NCBI GenBank assembly: GCA_016188865.1
Contig: JACPGX010000005.1
Coordinates: 114,081-178,080 of the forward strand
Origin: Candidatus Nealsonbacteria bacterium
Lineage (GTDB): Bacteria; Patescibacteriota; Minisyncoccia; Minisyncoccales; MHMH01
Direction: 5' to 3'
Length of the DNA: 64,000 nucleotides
The notes below the pieces were generated by a model. It ran no database searches and was not told where the DNA came from. It saw only the letters and a program-made list of their open reading frames with translations. The translations under genes were made by a program, and so were the position numbers. Numbering within the stretch: the stretch's first letter is position 1; every line of letters begins with the position of its first letter. Below are positions 17,057-25,450 of the stretch, piece by piece.

Positions 17057-18154
17057 ATGACAAATCTAGTGCTCTATCGCAAATATCGGCCTAAGACTTT
17101 TAGTGAGGTTGTCGGGCAAGAGCATGTGGTACAGACTTTGACTAACGCCATAACTATGGGAATTATTTCCCATGCCTATTTATTTACAGGGCCCAGGGGC
17201 TCCGGTAAAACTACCATTGCCAGACTCTTGGCAAAATCTCTTAATTGCGAAAACAGAAAAGATGGTTTTGAGCCCTGTAATGAGTGTTCTTCCTGCAACG
17301 AAGTTAATGAAGCTAGGGCCATTGATTTAATTGAGGTAGATGCGGCTTCCAATAGGGGCATTGATGAAATCAGAGAATTGAGAGACGGCATCAGATTCGC
17401 GCCCACTAAGTCAAAATATAAAGTTTTTATTATTGACGAAGCCCATCAACTTTCCAAAGACGCGGCAAATGCCTTATTAAAAACCCTTGAAGAGCCGCCT
17501 TCCCACGCCATATTTATTTTGGCTACCACGGAAATTCATAAAATGATTCCCACTATAATTTCCCGCTGCCAAAGATTTGATTTCAGGAAGCTTAGTTTTC
17601 CCGAAATTATCAGCCGCCTTGAGTGGATCATTAATAAGGAAAAAGTTCAGATTGATAGAACAGCTTTAGAGCTTATCGCCTTAAATTCCAGCGGTTCCGT
17701 CAGAGATGCCGAAGCTTTATTGGACCAGGTTTTGGCTTTTGGCGGAAAGACCGCTCAAGATATCAAGGAATTATTGGGAATGGTTGATAATACTGTAGTC
17801 GGTCAGTTCGTCGATTATCTCTGCCAAGGGCAAGTAGGGCCGGCAATCGAGTTTTTGAATAAAACCATGGAAAAGGGCAAAGATCCTCAAGAATTTTCTA
17901 AAACTTTAGTTAATTATTTGAGGCAGGGGATGATTTTGAAAATGGGGCCGGAGTTGGCCAATCCGATTCTTACCGGCTTAACCGGAGAAGAGAAATCAAA
18001 ACTATGTTCTCAAGTCGCTAATTTCCAAGACAACGAATTACGCCGCATTTTAAAGCTTTTCCTCGAAGCCGAAAACAAAATAAAATATTCTCCCATACCT
18101 CAGCTGCCCATAGAGCTGGCAATCATTGAATCATTGCAAAATGAAGAAAAATAG
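17057..18154 (+). CDS. dnaX: DNA polymerase III subunit gamma/tau (short form)
   Basis: YRPKTFSEVVGQEHV, Walker A GPRGSGKTT, zinc module CNECSSC and the SRC motif. Confidence 0.85.
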   Translation: MTNLVLYRKYRPKTFSEVVGQEHVVQTLTNAITMGIISHAYLFTGPRGSGKTTIARLLAKSLNCENRKDGFEPCNECSSCNEVNEARAIDLIEVDAASNRGIDEIRELRDGIRFAPTKSKYKVFIIDEAHQLSKDAANALLKTLEEPPSHAIFILATTEIHKMIPTIISRCQRFDFRKLSFPEIISRLEWIINKEKVQIDRTALELIALNSSGSVRDAEALLDQVLAFGGKTAQDIKELLGMVDNTVVGQFVDYLCQGQVGPAIEFLNKTMEKGKDPQEFSKTLVNYLRQGMILKMGPELANPILTGLTGEEKSKLCSQVANFQDNELRRILKLFLEAENKIKYSPIPQLPIELAIIESLQNEEK

Positions 18155-18176
18155 GTATAATTTAAGCGATTATTAT

Positions 18177-18247
18177 TCCGGGGTCGTCTAATGGTAGGAC
18201 AAGGCCCTTTGAAGGCCTATATTGGGGTCCGAATCCCTACCCCGGAA
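18177..18247 (+). tRNA. tRNA-Gln (anticodon TTG)
   Basis: Acceptor TCCGGGG/CCCCGGA with the U1-A72 pair typical of tRNA-Gln. Anticodon stem AGGCC/GGCCT with loop CTTTGAA. T-arm TGGGG-TCCGAAT-CCCTA. Confidence 0.65.
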
Positions 18248-18258
18248 CATAACATCTT

Positions 18259-19749
18259 GTGAAAATCCTGCTTTTATATCCTAGGTTTCCCAGGACTTTC
18301 TGGGGATTTAAATACGCTTTACCCTTTATCGGAAAAAAGGCGACTTTTCCGCCCCTAGGATTATTAACGGTAGCGACTTTGCTGCCTCAAGATTGGGAAA
18401 AAAGAATAATTGATCTAAATATTGGAGATTTTAGTGGAAAAGATCTTCAATGGGCAGATTTGATTTTTATTTCAGCCATGGCCCTGCAGAAAGAATCGGT
18501 CTGGGAGATTATATATCATGCTAAAAAATTAGGAAAAAAAATTGTTGCCGGCGGGCCGCTTTTTACCACCGGTTACGAAGAATTTTTTAATAATATCGAT
18601 CATTTTGTTTTGGGCGAAGCGGAAGATGTCATGCCTCTTTTGGTCCAGGATTTAGAAAGGGGCAGTTTGCAGAAAATTTATCAATCCAACCAGCGGCCAG
18701 AGGCTGATAAAATTCCTCTGCCTTCGTGGGAATTAATTGATATGAACAAATACGCCTCGATGAGCATCCAGTTTTCCAGAGGCTGTCCTTTTAATTGCGA
18801 ATTTTGCGACATAGTTTATTTAAATGGCAGAGTTCCAAGAGTAAAAAATAAAGAACAGGTTTTGGCCGAGCTCGATGCTTTATACTTCAACGGTTGGCGT
18901 GGTAATGTATTTTTCGTAGACGATAATTTTATTGGGAATAAAATAAAGTTAAAAAGAGAAATTTTGCCAGCTATTATTGGATGGATGGGAGCCAAAAGGC
19001 ATCCTTTCTCTTTTCATACGCAAGTTTCTATTAATCTTGCCGACGACCTAGAACTGATAAAATTGATGACCATGGCCGGTTTCGATACTGTTTTTATCGG
19101 CATAGAGAGCCCCAAAGAAGAGAGCCTTAAGGGCTGCGGAAAAGTGCAGAATATTAACCGTGATTTATTGAACTCGATAAGAATTTTTCAAAATAATGGC
19201 TTGCAAGTTCAGGCAGGATTTATCATTGGCTTCGACCAGGATACGCCTTCGATTTTCGACCGCATGACGCTTTTTATCCAAAAAAGCGGCATAGCCATCG
19301 CTATGGTCGGGCTCTTGCAGGCGCCGCCAAAAACTAGATTGTGGGACAGAATGAAGAAAGAGGGAAGATTGGTTTCGCAAGCTAGTGGCGACAATACCAA
19401 TTGCACTATTAATTTTGTCCCTAAAATGAATCGTGAGATTTTGCTTGCTGGCTATAAAAAACTCACCGCTCATATTTATTCGTCTAAATATTACTATCAA
19501 AGATTGAAAACTTTTTTGAAAGAATATAAGCCCGAAAGGAAGAAGATATCCCGTCGGATTAGCTTTAGCCGGCTTCTGGCTTTTCCTAAATCGCTTTGGT
19601 TTTTAGGGTTCATGCATAAGGAGAGAATTTATTACTGGGAGCTTCTTTTTTGGTGTTTTTTTAGAAAGCCTAAATTTTTTCCGATGGTTATTGATATGGC
19701 GATTAAGGGATTCCATTTCCGTAAAATTTCAGAAAACCACCTATGTTAA
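18259..19749 (+). CDS. B12-binding domain radical SAM protein (class B, DUF4070-type C-terminus); GTG start
   Basis: An N-terminal cobalamin-binding Rossmann segment and a CPFNCEFC (CxxxCxxC) radical SAM cluster motif. Confidence 0.8.
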   Translation: MKILLLYPRFPRTFWGFKYALPFIGKKATFPPLGLLTVATLLPQDWEKRIIDLNIGDFSGKDLQWADLIFISAMALQKESVWEIIYHAKKLGKKIVAGGPLFTTGYEEFFNNIDHFVLGEAEDVMPLLVQDLERGSLQKIYQSNQRPEADKIPLPSWELIDMNKYASMSIQFSRGCPFNCEFCDIVYLNGRVPRVKNKEQVLAELDALYFNGWRGNVFFVDDNFIGNKIKLKREILPAIIGWMGAKRHPFSFHTQVSINLADDLELIKLMTMAGFDTVFIGIESPKEESLKGCGKVQNINRDLLNSIRIFQNNGLQVQAGFIIGFDQDTPSIFDRMTLFIQKSGIAIAMVGLLQAPPKTRLWDRMKKEGRLVSQASGDNTNCTINFVPKMNREILLAGYKKLTAHIYSSKYYYQRLKTFLKEYKPERKKISRRISFSRLLAFPKSLWFLGFMHKERIYYWELLFWCFFRKPKFFPMVIDMAIKGFHFRKISENHLC

Positions 19750-19851
19750 CTATCCGGTTCGGATTTCTGTCCCGCAACCGTCTAGTGCATCGTTCTCGGT
19801 GATCGAGGTGCGTCGAAAATCATCAAGTGGGGAATTTTTGCACACCAAAAT

Positions 19852-19880
19852 TTGACAAAAAAGTTTAGAATGCTATATTG
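19852..19880 (+). promoter_or_regulatory. Sigma70-like promoter (TTGACA-17-TATATT)
   Basis: Consensus -35, a 17-nt spacer and a near-consensus -10, upstream of a small ORF with an AAGGAGG SD. Confidence 0.55.
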
Positions 19881-19925
19881 CTTGTAGCAAATTTAAATGT
19901 ATATTTGTTGCAAGGAGGTAGTTAA

Positions 19926-20057
19926 ATGACAATATATCATGATAATGAAAAAAGATTATTTAAAATTCGCGAGCGCCTGGAGGAATATCGAAAACATAAG
20001 AATGACCCTTATGTCTATTATTTAGACGTTGAACGTCTAACATTGAGACCAAAATAA
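19926..20057 (+). CDS. Small hypothetical protein (43 aa, MTIYHDNEKRLFKIRERLEEYRKHKNDPYVYYLDVERLTLRPK)
   Basis: A strong SD (AAGGAGG) lies 7 nt upstream. A promoter lies upstream. The stop codon abuts the inverted repeat at 20056. Confidence 0.35.
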   Translation: MTIYHDNEKRLFKIRERLEEYRKHKNDPYVYYLDVERLTLRPK

Positions 20058-20075
20058 TGGTGCCTGTCCCCATTT
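20056..20075. repeat. 20-bp terminal-inverted-repeat-like element AATGGTGCCTGTCCCCATTT, copy A
   Basis: Reverse-complement copies lie at 20914-20933 and 22305-22325. A same-orientation copy lies at 20948-20968. Confidence 0.8.
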
Positions 20076-20128
20076 TCATTTTTGCTATGGGTGTAGGGCG
20101 ACTGAAACGCATTGCGTAAGCTCCCCCC

Positions 20129-20158
20129 TTTACAAAAATTTGGTTTAGGCGTATAATG
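20129..20158 (+). promoter_or_regulatory. Sigma70-like promoter (TTTACA-18-TATAAT)
   Basis: A consensus -10. It is followed by SD AAGGAGG and ATG 20207. Confidence 0.5.
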
Positions 20159-20206
20159 CAATATTCCAGTTAGATGGAAAGAGATTTGGTGTAAGGAGGG
20201 TATAGA

Positions 20207-20578
20207 ATGGAGAAAAAAAGAAAAAGGGAAACTTTCTTCTGTCCTCAATCTATAAATGAGGTTGAAAAGCAGAAAAAGAGGACGGGAATTCCTAGCACTT
20301 GTTCTTTGGATGAAATGGTCAAAATATTGAAGGATAATAGCAAGGAGCCAGTTTTCGTTACTATAGCTCAATTACGAGGATATCCGGCATATGGTATATA
20401 CGATGAAGCTGGACAAAAAAATCCACCGTATGGTTTCCATTTTGATGCTCAGATAATGGTGCCAGGAGGTGGTGTTACTACACACACTAGTCTTCTAGTG
20501 AGTGGTGAATTTCTTGAAGAAACGGGAGCAAAAGATCGCGACGAAGTGATAATTATCATAGCCAAAAGAGAAAAGTAA
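20207..20578 (+). CDS. Hypothetical protein, possible ribbon-helix-helix-like N-terminus (cargo of an inverted-repeat-bounded element)
   Basis: It has its own promoter, SD and terminator. It lies between inverted repeats A and B. Confidence 0.4.
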   Translation: MEKKRKRETFFCPQSINEVEKQKKRTGIPSTCSLDEMVKILKDNSKEPVFVTIAQLRGYPAYGIYDEAGQKNPPYGFHFDAQIMVPGGGVTTHTSLLVSGEFLEETGAKDRDEVIIIIAKREK

Positions 20579-20588
20579 GAATAGTGAA

Positions 20589-20630
20589 GGCCTAGAGGGT
20601 AACAAACTCTCTGGCCTTTTTATTTTTTAC
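20589..20630 (+). terminator. Rho-independent terminator
   Basis: A GGCCTAGAG...CTCTCTGGCC hairpin followed by TTTTTATTTTTT. Confidence 0.7.
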
Positions 20631-20913
20631 CCCGACCGAGACGCACCGGTGGAAGAGCTCAAAATAGCCTAATTTTTCCTCTGATAACTTGGTTCTAGAC
20701 CGGGGCACACAGCAAACTGAAATTTCCCCGAACAGGGGAAATTGAAGTTTGCTTGTGGGGTTTTCGGTGAGAATCAAGTCCCTGAATTCCGAGCCCACAG
20801 GCGAGGGAATGCCTTCGGGCAACTCTTCGAATTCAAGTCCCGCAGCCATCATATGCTAAGTCAGGTGACTGAGATGCATGTCTAAAATCGTAACGAAAAA
20901 TCACCGTAATGGT

Positions 20914-20933
20914 AAATGGGGACAGGCACCATT
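20914..20933. repeat. Inverted copy B of the 20-bp repeat (AAATGGGGACAGGCACCATT)
   Basis: It is the reverse complement of copy A. Confidence 0.8.
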
Positions 20934-20947
20934 TCTAATCTATTTGT

Positions 20948-20968
20948 AATGGTGCCCGCCCCCATTTT
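20948..20968. repeat. Copy C of the 20-bp repeat (AATGGTGCCCGCCCCCATTTT)
   Basis: It is in the same orientation as copy A and lies 15 nt after copy B. Confidence 0.7.
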
Positions 20969-21248
20969 CATCATTTTCACGAGGTTAAAAAAGAACGCGG
21001 AAAGGAATATTACAAATACACCAAAATAATGATGTTGCAAAAATTCAGCTTCGAAGGGTTTTTAAAGGCGCTGGAGGAGGGGAAAGTCCTCGTGGATTTT
21101 GATGCGCGCACCGGTCATAACCACGGAACAAAATTTAGAATGCGACAGGATTGCTTACCGATGCTTTATAAAAAGGCCACGAAGGTTCTTCCTTAAAATA
21201 TAACCGGCCATATAATCAATAGCTAAATAAATTAAATACAGTGCCAAT

Positions 21249-21437
21249 TTAGGCGTTTTTGCTTGATTTTGGTGTTCGATTTCGTAAATCGAACATTTTC
21301 TTTATCTCCTTAATTTGAGAATCAATGGAGAGCGCTTCATCCCTTTCAGTTGACTTCCTGGCGTAGAGGCAATAACGGAGAGGGGCGAGAATTGGCTGCT
21401 GCTCTCGAGCCGTTTCGATTGTTGTTTGTTGTTCCAT
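21249..21437 (-). pseudogene. Serine recombinase (resolvase/invertase) N-terminal fragment
   Basis: The translation contains YCLYARKSTERDEALSIDSQIKEIKKM, matching the catalytic-serine motif YxRVSTxxQ...SLxxQ. The frame breaks after about 60 aa. Confidence 0.5.
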
Positions 21438-21530
21438 AAAAGTCCCTTAAAATACTTGTTTTTTACCTTCGACCTTTCAAGACAAGGGATGACGCAACCC
21501 TCCTAGGGAGTCCAGTCCTGTTATCCCTAG

Positions 21531-22004
21531 TCAAGTCTTGCTGGGGATAAACGGCGTTCCGCGCCGAAGGACCGCATAAATGCGCGAAAGGAGTTTTCGT
21601 GTCGTGGCAACGGTCGCCACGGTATAGCATTTCCCTTCACTTCGTTTCTTTTCGTAATATGCTTTGAGTTCCGGATCAAACATACGCGCGACATTCGCCG
21701 CGATAAAGAGCGCTCTCCGGAGATAGGGCGATCCCCGTTTCGTAAGTTTGCCGTAGCTATTCAATGCGTGGCCGCTTCGGCGAATTATGGTTTGGAGAAG
21801 CGCGACTTCCGGCTCACGCTGTGATCGAGCGAAGAGTTCTCGTTCATGAGTGCGGATGGCATCTGCCAATGCTTCGCCACTCTGCTCTAATCGATTGCGG
21901 AGAGCCTCGAGTGACGGCGTGGAGCTTTGAAAATCAATGCTTTGCTGTGATCTGTACCCCGAAAAGTGGACACATTTGATCTGTACCCAGAAAAGTGGAC
22001 ACAT
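21531..22004 (-). pseudogene. IS110-family transposase, C-terminal fragment only
   Basis: GKLTKRGSPYLRRALFIAANVARMFDPELKAYYEKKRSEGKCYTVATVATTRKLL matches the Transposase_20 (IS116/IS110/IS902) C-terminal domain. The N-terminal DEDD domain is absent. Confidence 0.7.
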
Positions 22005-22005
22005 T
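21949..22005. repeat. Tandem direct repeat, two copies of about 29 bp (GATCTGTACCCCGAAAAGTGGACACATTT)
   Basis: Two adjacent copies with one indel and one substitution. It lies inside the degraded IS110 region. Confidence 0.8.
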
Positions 22006-22061
22006 GTGTCCCTTTTTTGTAGTTTTGGTAAGATGTAAAGGTAAAATTAAGCATAAAAAAT

Positions 22062-22355
22062 ATGAACAGAAAAATATTTACAGAGGAGCAGATAAAAGAG
22101 CTATCCAGGAACAAAAACGTGCGCCGCTGCGGCGCCAAGTCCGTGAGATACAAAAGGAGCTTCAAGGAATCAGCCCTCAGGCGGTACCATGAGGAAGGAT
22201 TGAGCGCGGTTGAAATATTCAAGGCAGCCGGCTTTAATCTGAACATCATCGGCATCAGGAAGCCTAACAAGCTGATGCACCAGTGGAGCAGGGCTCCCTG
22301 CAATAAATGGGGACAGGCACCATTTCCAATCTATAGTCCTTATGTTATTGTCTAA
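22062..22355 (+). pseudogene. Transposase-associated HTH protein fragment
   Basis: MNRKIFTEEQIKELSRNKNV...LSAVEIFKAAGF is an HTH typical of the N-terminal ORF of IS elements. The reading frame runs through the 20-bp repeat copy D. Confidence 0.35.
22305..22325. repeat. Inverted copy D of the 20-bp repeat (AAATGGGGACAGGCACCATTT)
   Basis: It is in the same orientation as copy B and bounds the IS-remnant island on the right. Confidence 0.8.
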
Positions 22356-22610
22356 GCGGGACACAATGGGTTTTGTTTGATTTCGTAAATCAAACAAATC
22401 AAACAATTTTTGACGGGAAGTTCTGAGAGAGCTTCCCTTTGTGTTAGTCTGTGAAATAAACTCAACCGAGATGCTTAGTTTTTGGAATCCCAAACCAGCC
22501 AAATTTGTTCCTGAATTTCTGGTTCTAGACCGAGGATGCCAGCAGTCTAGTGCTGAGTATCGAGGACCGAGAGGGATCATTATAGTTAATGAGATAAAAG
22601 AAAAGCAGGA

Positions 22611-22982
22611 TTAGTTATCCTGCTTTTGCAATAGTTTTTTTAGATGAGGTATTACTATTTTTTTAGCTATGAAATCTACGGGGCAAGTTATTCCATGAGC
22701 CCAACGCGTAATTGTCGGACGCGATACATCGAATTCTCTAGCGAGTTGTTGTTCACTTCCCGGGTTCTTAGACAGAAAAGCGTTTAGTAAGTCATACATT
22801 TCTGGCTGTCCGTAATTTTTGAGTGTGACGCAAGGATAGAATCCGCCATCTGCGCCTTTTTGACGTTCGATTCCAGCGATTACTACGGCTACTAGTTTGT
22901 CGTCTTCATAGACCAATACGCGAGCGGGGCGTTCTGAAGTTGCGACTTCAGATTCCGTTTCAACTCTTATCATTTCGCTCAT
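22611..22982 (-). CDS. HTH DNA-binding protein (C-terminal helix-turn-helix LAREFDVSRPTITRWAHG)
   Basis: A small protein with a C-terminal HTH. It is divergently oriented to the Cys-rich repeat protein operon. The start is chosen at the MSEMIRV ATG. Confidence 0.4.
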   Translation of the reverse strand: MSEMIRVETESEVATSERPARVLVYEDDKLVAVVIAGIERQKGADGGFYPCVTLKNYGQPEMYDLLNAFLSKNPGSEQQLAREFDVSRPTITRWAHGITCPVDFIAKKIVIPHLKKLLQKQDN

Positions 22983-23070
22983 AACTTTTCCTCCACACAT
23001 CAGTTTTTAAGGTTCCTTTCCAAACAGTAGCATATTCTTTAGTTATCCACAAGACAGTATTGACAGGGTT

Positions 23071-23079
23071 TGGTATAAT
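23071..23079 (+). promoter_or_regulatory. Extended -10 promoter element (TGgTATAAT) giving a near-leaderless transcript for the 23086 gene
   Basis: TGnTATAAT ends 6 nt before ATG 23086. An upstream TTGACA is too close (8 nt) to serve as a -35. Confidence 0.4.
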
Positions 23080-23085
23080 AAAGGC

Positions 23086-23313
23086 ATGAGAAATATTATT
23101 ATTTTTATTATCGTTTTAGTGTTAGCTGCAGCCGGAGCTTATTATTTCGGCTATCAGCAGGGTTTTTCCAAAGGGAAAGAAATGGGGAAGGCCGCGGCTG
23201 AAGTTGGCGCTGGCGCTGCGGTGGAAAATCCGCTAGAGGAAATGCCGTCAACCAATCCTTTCGAGGAGGCGGTAAATCCATTTAAGGATTTATATAAGAA
23301 TCCATTTAAATAA
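23086..23313 (+). CDS. Small membrane-anchored hypothetical protein (75 aa)
   Basis: An N-terminal TM helix, then a Gly/Ala-rich segment and NPF repeats. Confidence 0.5.
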   Translation: MRNIIIFIIVLVLAAAGAYYFGYQQGFSKGKEMGKAAAEVGAGAAVENPLEEMPSTNPFEEAVNPFKDLYKNPFK

Positions 23314-23330
23314 TATTATTTAAATGGATT
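23299..23330. promoter_or_regulatory. 32-bp perfect AT-rich palindrome (AATCCATTTAAATAAT|ATTATTTAAATGGATT) spanning the stop of the 23086 gene and the start codon of the Cys-rich gene
   Basis: It has perfect 16-bp arms. ATG 23324 lies within the right arm. Confidence 0.7.
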
Positions 23331-25030
23331 TTAAATTTATGAAGAAATATTATTTTTTATTAATTTTTATTTTTGTATTATTTTCCGGAGTTTTAGTTTT
23401 TGCTACCTCCAAAGAAGATATTACTTATCCTGTAGCTTCGTTGGGAAATTGCAAAAACGAAGCGGATTGTCTAGCTTACTGCGACAAGCCGGAAAATATG
23501 GAGCCCTGTCTTAATTTTGCCGAAAAGCATAATTTAATTACCGATAAAGAGATTGCTATAGCCAGAAAAATGCTGGCTGCAGGAAAAACTTCGGGACCCG
23601 GAGGCTGTAAAGGACAAGTTGAGTGCGGAAATTATTGTGATGACATGAGTCATATAAAAGAATGCGTTGCTTTTGCGGAAGAAAATGATTTGATGATGCC
23701 GGAAGAATTAGCAGAGGCAAAAAAAGTTGCCGCGGCCCTAGAAAGGGGGGTTCAACCTCCGCCGTGCAGCAGTAAAACAGAGTGCGATAGCGTTTGCACT
23801 CTTCCCGAAAACATGAGAACCTGCATTATTTTTGCTAAAGAAGCCGGTTTAATGCCTCCGGAAGAACTGGAAGAAGTTGAAAAAGTTTTAGCAGCGCTTG
23901 ATAAAGGAATAACGCCTCCGCCTTGCGGAGGTAGGGATAAATGCGATGAGTATTGTTCTTTGCCAGAAAATTTTGAAACCTGCATTACTTTTGCCGAAGC
24001 AGCTGGCTTTATGTCGGCAGAAGAAGCAGCTATGGTCAGGCGTACTGGGGGCAAGGGTCCGGGTGATTGTCGCGGCAAAGAAGCATGCGAAGCGTTTTGT
24101 GAAGACCCGGCTAATATGGAGCCATGTATAAATTTTGCTATTGAAAATGGTTTTATGTCCCCCGAAGAGGCGGAGCAAGCTAGAAAAATGCTAGCTGCCG
24201 GGTTTACTTCGGGCCCGGGTGGATGCAAGGGGCAGGGAGAATGCGAAGCTTATTGCGATGATATGACTCATATGACAGAATGCGTTGATTTTGCTGAAAA
24301 AGCCGGCTTTATGACTGCAGAAGATGCTGCTCGAGCCAGAAAAATGGCAGAAATGGGCATGACTGGCGGTCCGGGAGGTTGCAAGGGCGAAGAAGAATGC
24401 CGGTCATTCTGCGAAGACCCTGCCAATATGAATACTTGCATTGATTTTGCAGTTCAAATTGGCGATATGAGCCCCGAAGAAGCTGATCAAGCCCGCCAAA
24501 GAATGGGGCAGATGCAAGAGATGGAGGGCCGGATGAAAGAATGTTTAGTAATGCCCTGTCCGGATGCTCTTGCTTGTTTCCAAAGTATTCAAGGTGAACA
24601 AGGCGGCTCACCAGAAGAAGGTGAAGCAGGCGAGGGCGGCGGCGCTATGGGTTCCAGCGCAGAAATTCAGACTAAGATAGAATCCTGCATACAGGAAATG
24701 CAGCAGCAAGGTGGCGGGGAAGGAGCAGGTTTTGGTCCGGGTTCGGAAATGATGCCGCCTGAAGGGTTTGAAGGAGAAATGCCGCCGTTTAATCAAGGAG
24801 AATTTCATGAAGGCCAAATACCAGAAGGTTTTGTACCATCGGAAGGTATGAGCCAACCTCCTTCCCAAGAAGAAATGGAGAGAATAATTCAAGAAGAAAC
24901 TCAAAGAAGAATTCAGGAGGAAACTCAAAGAATGATGGAGCAATTTGTTCCGCCTCCATCTACCGAACCTCCGCCGCAGTCTTTTTTAAACCAAGTCAAA
25001 AATTTCTTAGCAGGCTTAATGGTAAGATAA
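23324..25030 (+). CDS. Secreted cysteine-rich tandem-repeat protein (about 7.5 modules of about 48 aa with the spacing C-x5-C-x3-C-x8-C and a PENM...C..FAE..G motif) with an acidic Gly/Pro/Gln-rich C-terminal tail
   Basis: An N-terminal signal peptide. The repeats are visible in the translation (CLAYCDKPENMEPCLNFAEKHN, CGNYCDDMSHIKECVAFAEEND, CDSVCTLPENMRTCIIFAKEAG, and so on). GC content is higher than in the flanks. Confidence 0.7.
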   Translation: MDFKFMKKYYFLLIFIFVLFSGVLVFATSKEDITYPVASLGNCKNEADCLAYCDKPENMEPCLNFAEKHNLITDKEIAIARKMLAAGKTSGPGGCKGQVECGNYCDDMSHIKECVAFAEENDLMMPEELAEAKKVAAALERGVQPPPCSSKTECDSVCTLPENMRTCIIFAKEAGLMPPEELEEVEKVLAALDKGITPPPCGGRDKCDEYCSLPENFETCITFAEAAGFMSAEEAAMVRRTGGKGPGDCRGKEACEAFCEDPANMEPCINFAIENGFMSPEEAEQARKMLAAGFTSGPGGCKGQGECEAYCDDMTHMTECVDFAEKAGFMTAEDAARARKMAEMGMTGGPGGCKGEEECRSFCEDPANMNTCIDFAVQIGDMSPEEADQARQRMGQMQEMEGRMKECLVMPCPDALACFQSIQGEQGGSPEEGEAGEGGGAMGSSAEIQTKIESCIQEMQQQGGGEGAGFGPGSEMMPPEGFEGEMPPFNQGEFHEGQIPEGFVPSEGMSQPPSQEEMERIIQEETQRRIQEETQRMMEQFVPPPSTEPPPQSFLNQVKNFLAGLMVR

Positions 25031-25043
25031 AAAATAAATAAAA

Positions 25044-25075
25044 ACATACGAGAACGGTTCTCGTATGTTTTTATG
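25044..25075. terminator. Bidirectional rho-independent terminator (perfect 12-bp stem ACATACGAGAAC-CG-GTTCTCGTATGT, T-runs on both sides)
   Basis: The hairpin is followed by TTTTTAT on the plus strand. On the minus strand it is followed by TTTTTATTTATTTTTT, downstream of the rnpB 3' end. Its core ACGAGAACGGTTCTCGT also occurs inside miaA and thrS. Confidence 0.8.
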
Positions 25076-25076
25076 T

Positions 25077-25442
25077 CCCAGCAAGTCTATAAGCCGAATT
25101 CTGTTCCGCCTCGTCGGCGGATGGTAATTATCTATCTAGGTCCGACATCGCTGTCGAGACTCTGTGCGAGTTACTTTTAACGAAAGTTCCAAGATGAATC
25201 CCAGAACTTCCGGTTTACTCTTGCTCTTGGGTAAGAATTTAGCCGTTTCACCCTTCGACAAGCTCAGGGCAAGCCCCAAACTAGTGAAGACTCGTCTCTG
25301 TTCGCATCTCTGCCTCGCCCAAAATTTTGGGCGGGCGGCAGGTGTTACCTGCTACCTTTTTAACCCCCGTTAAACGGGGAGTAAGAGTTCGGACTTTCCT
25401 CCAGGCACAGTCTTGTGCCTGGCAATCACCCGACTTACTGGG
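25077..25442 (-). ncRNA. rnpB: RNase P RNA (bacterial type A-like)
   Basis: The minus strand contains GGAGGAAAGTCCGAACTC (P4 5' strand), AGGGTGAAACGGC (the GGGUGAAA region) and ACAGAATTCGGCTTAT (P4 3' strand). A P1 helix forms between CCCAGTAAGTC and GACTTGCTGGG. Confidence 0.8.
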
Positions 25443-25450
25443 ACAAAGAT

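Larger units (their letters stand above)
20056..22325. mobile_element. Island of degraded mobile elements: two adjacent segments, each bounded by inverted 20-bp repeats (A-B and C-D)
   Basis: It carries fragments of an IS110 transposase, a serine recombinase and an HTH transposase, plus a cargo ORF. GC content is locally elevated. Confidence 0.6.

Noticed and set aside
21028-21195. 55-aa ORF (MMLQKFSFEGFLKALEEGKVLVDFDARTGHNHGTKFR...) inside the IS-remnant island
   Set aside because: It probably represents a gene fragment. There is no SD, and it lies between degraded recombinase fragments, so it was not called as a feature.
21949-22005. Tandem direct repeats considered as a possible CRISPR array
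   Set aside because: Only two contiguous copies with no spacers. They lie inside a degraded IS110 fragment.
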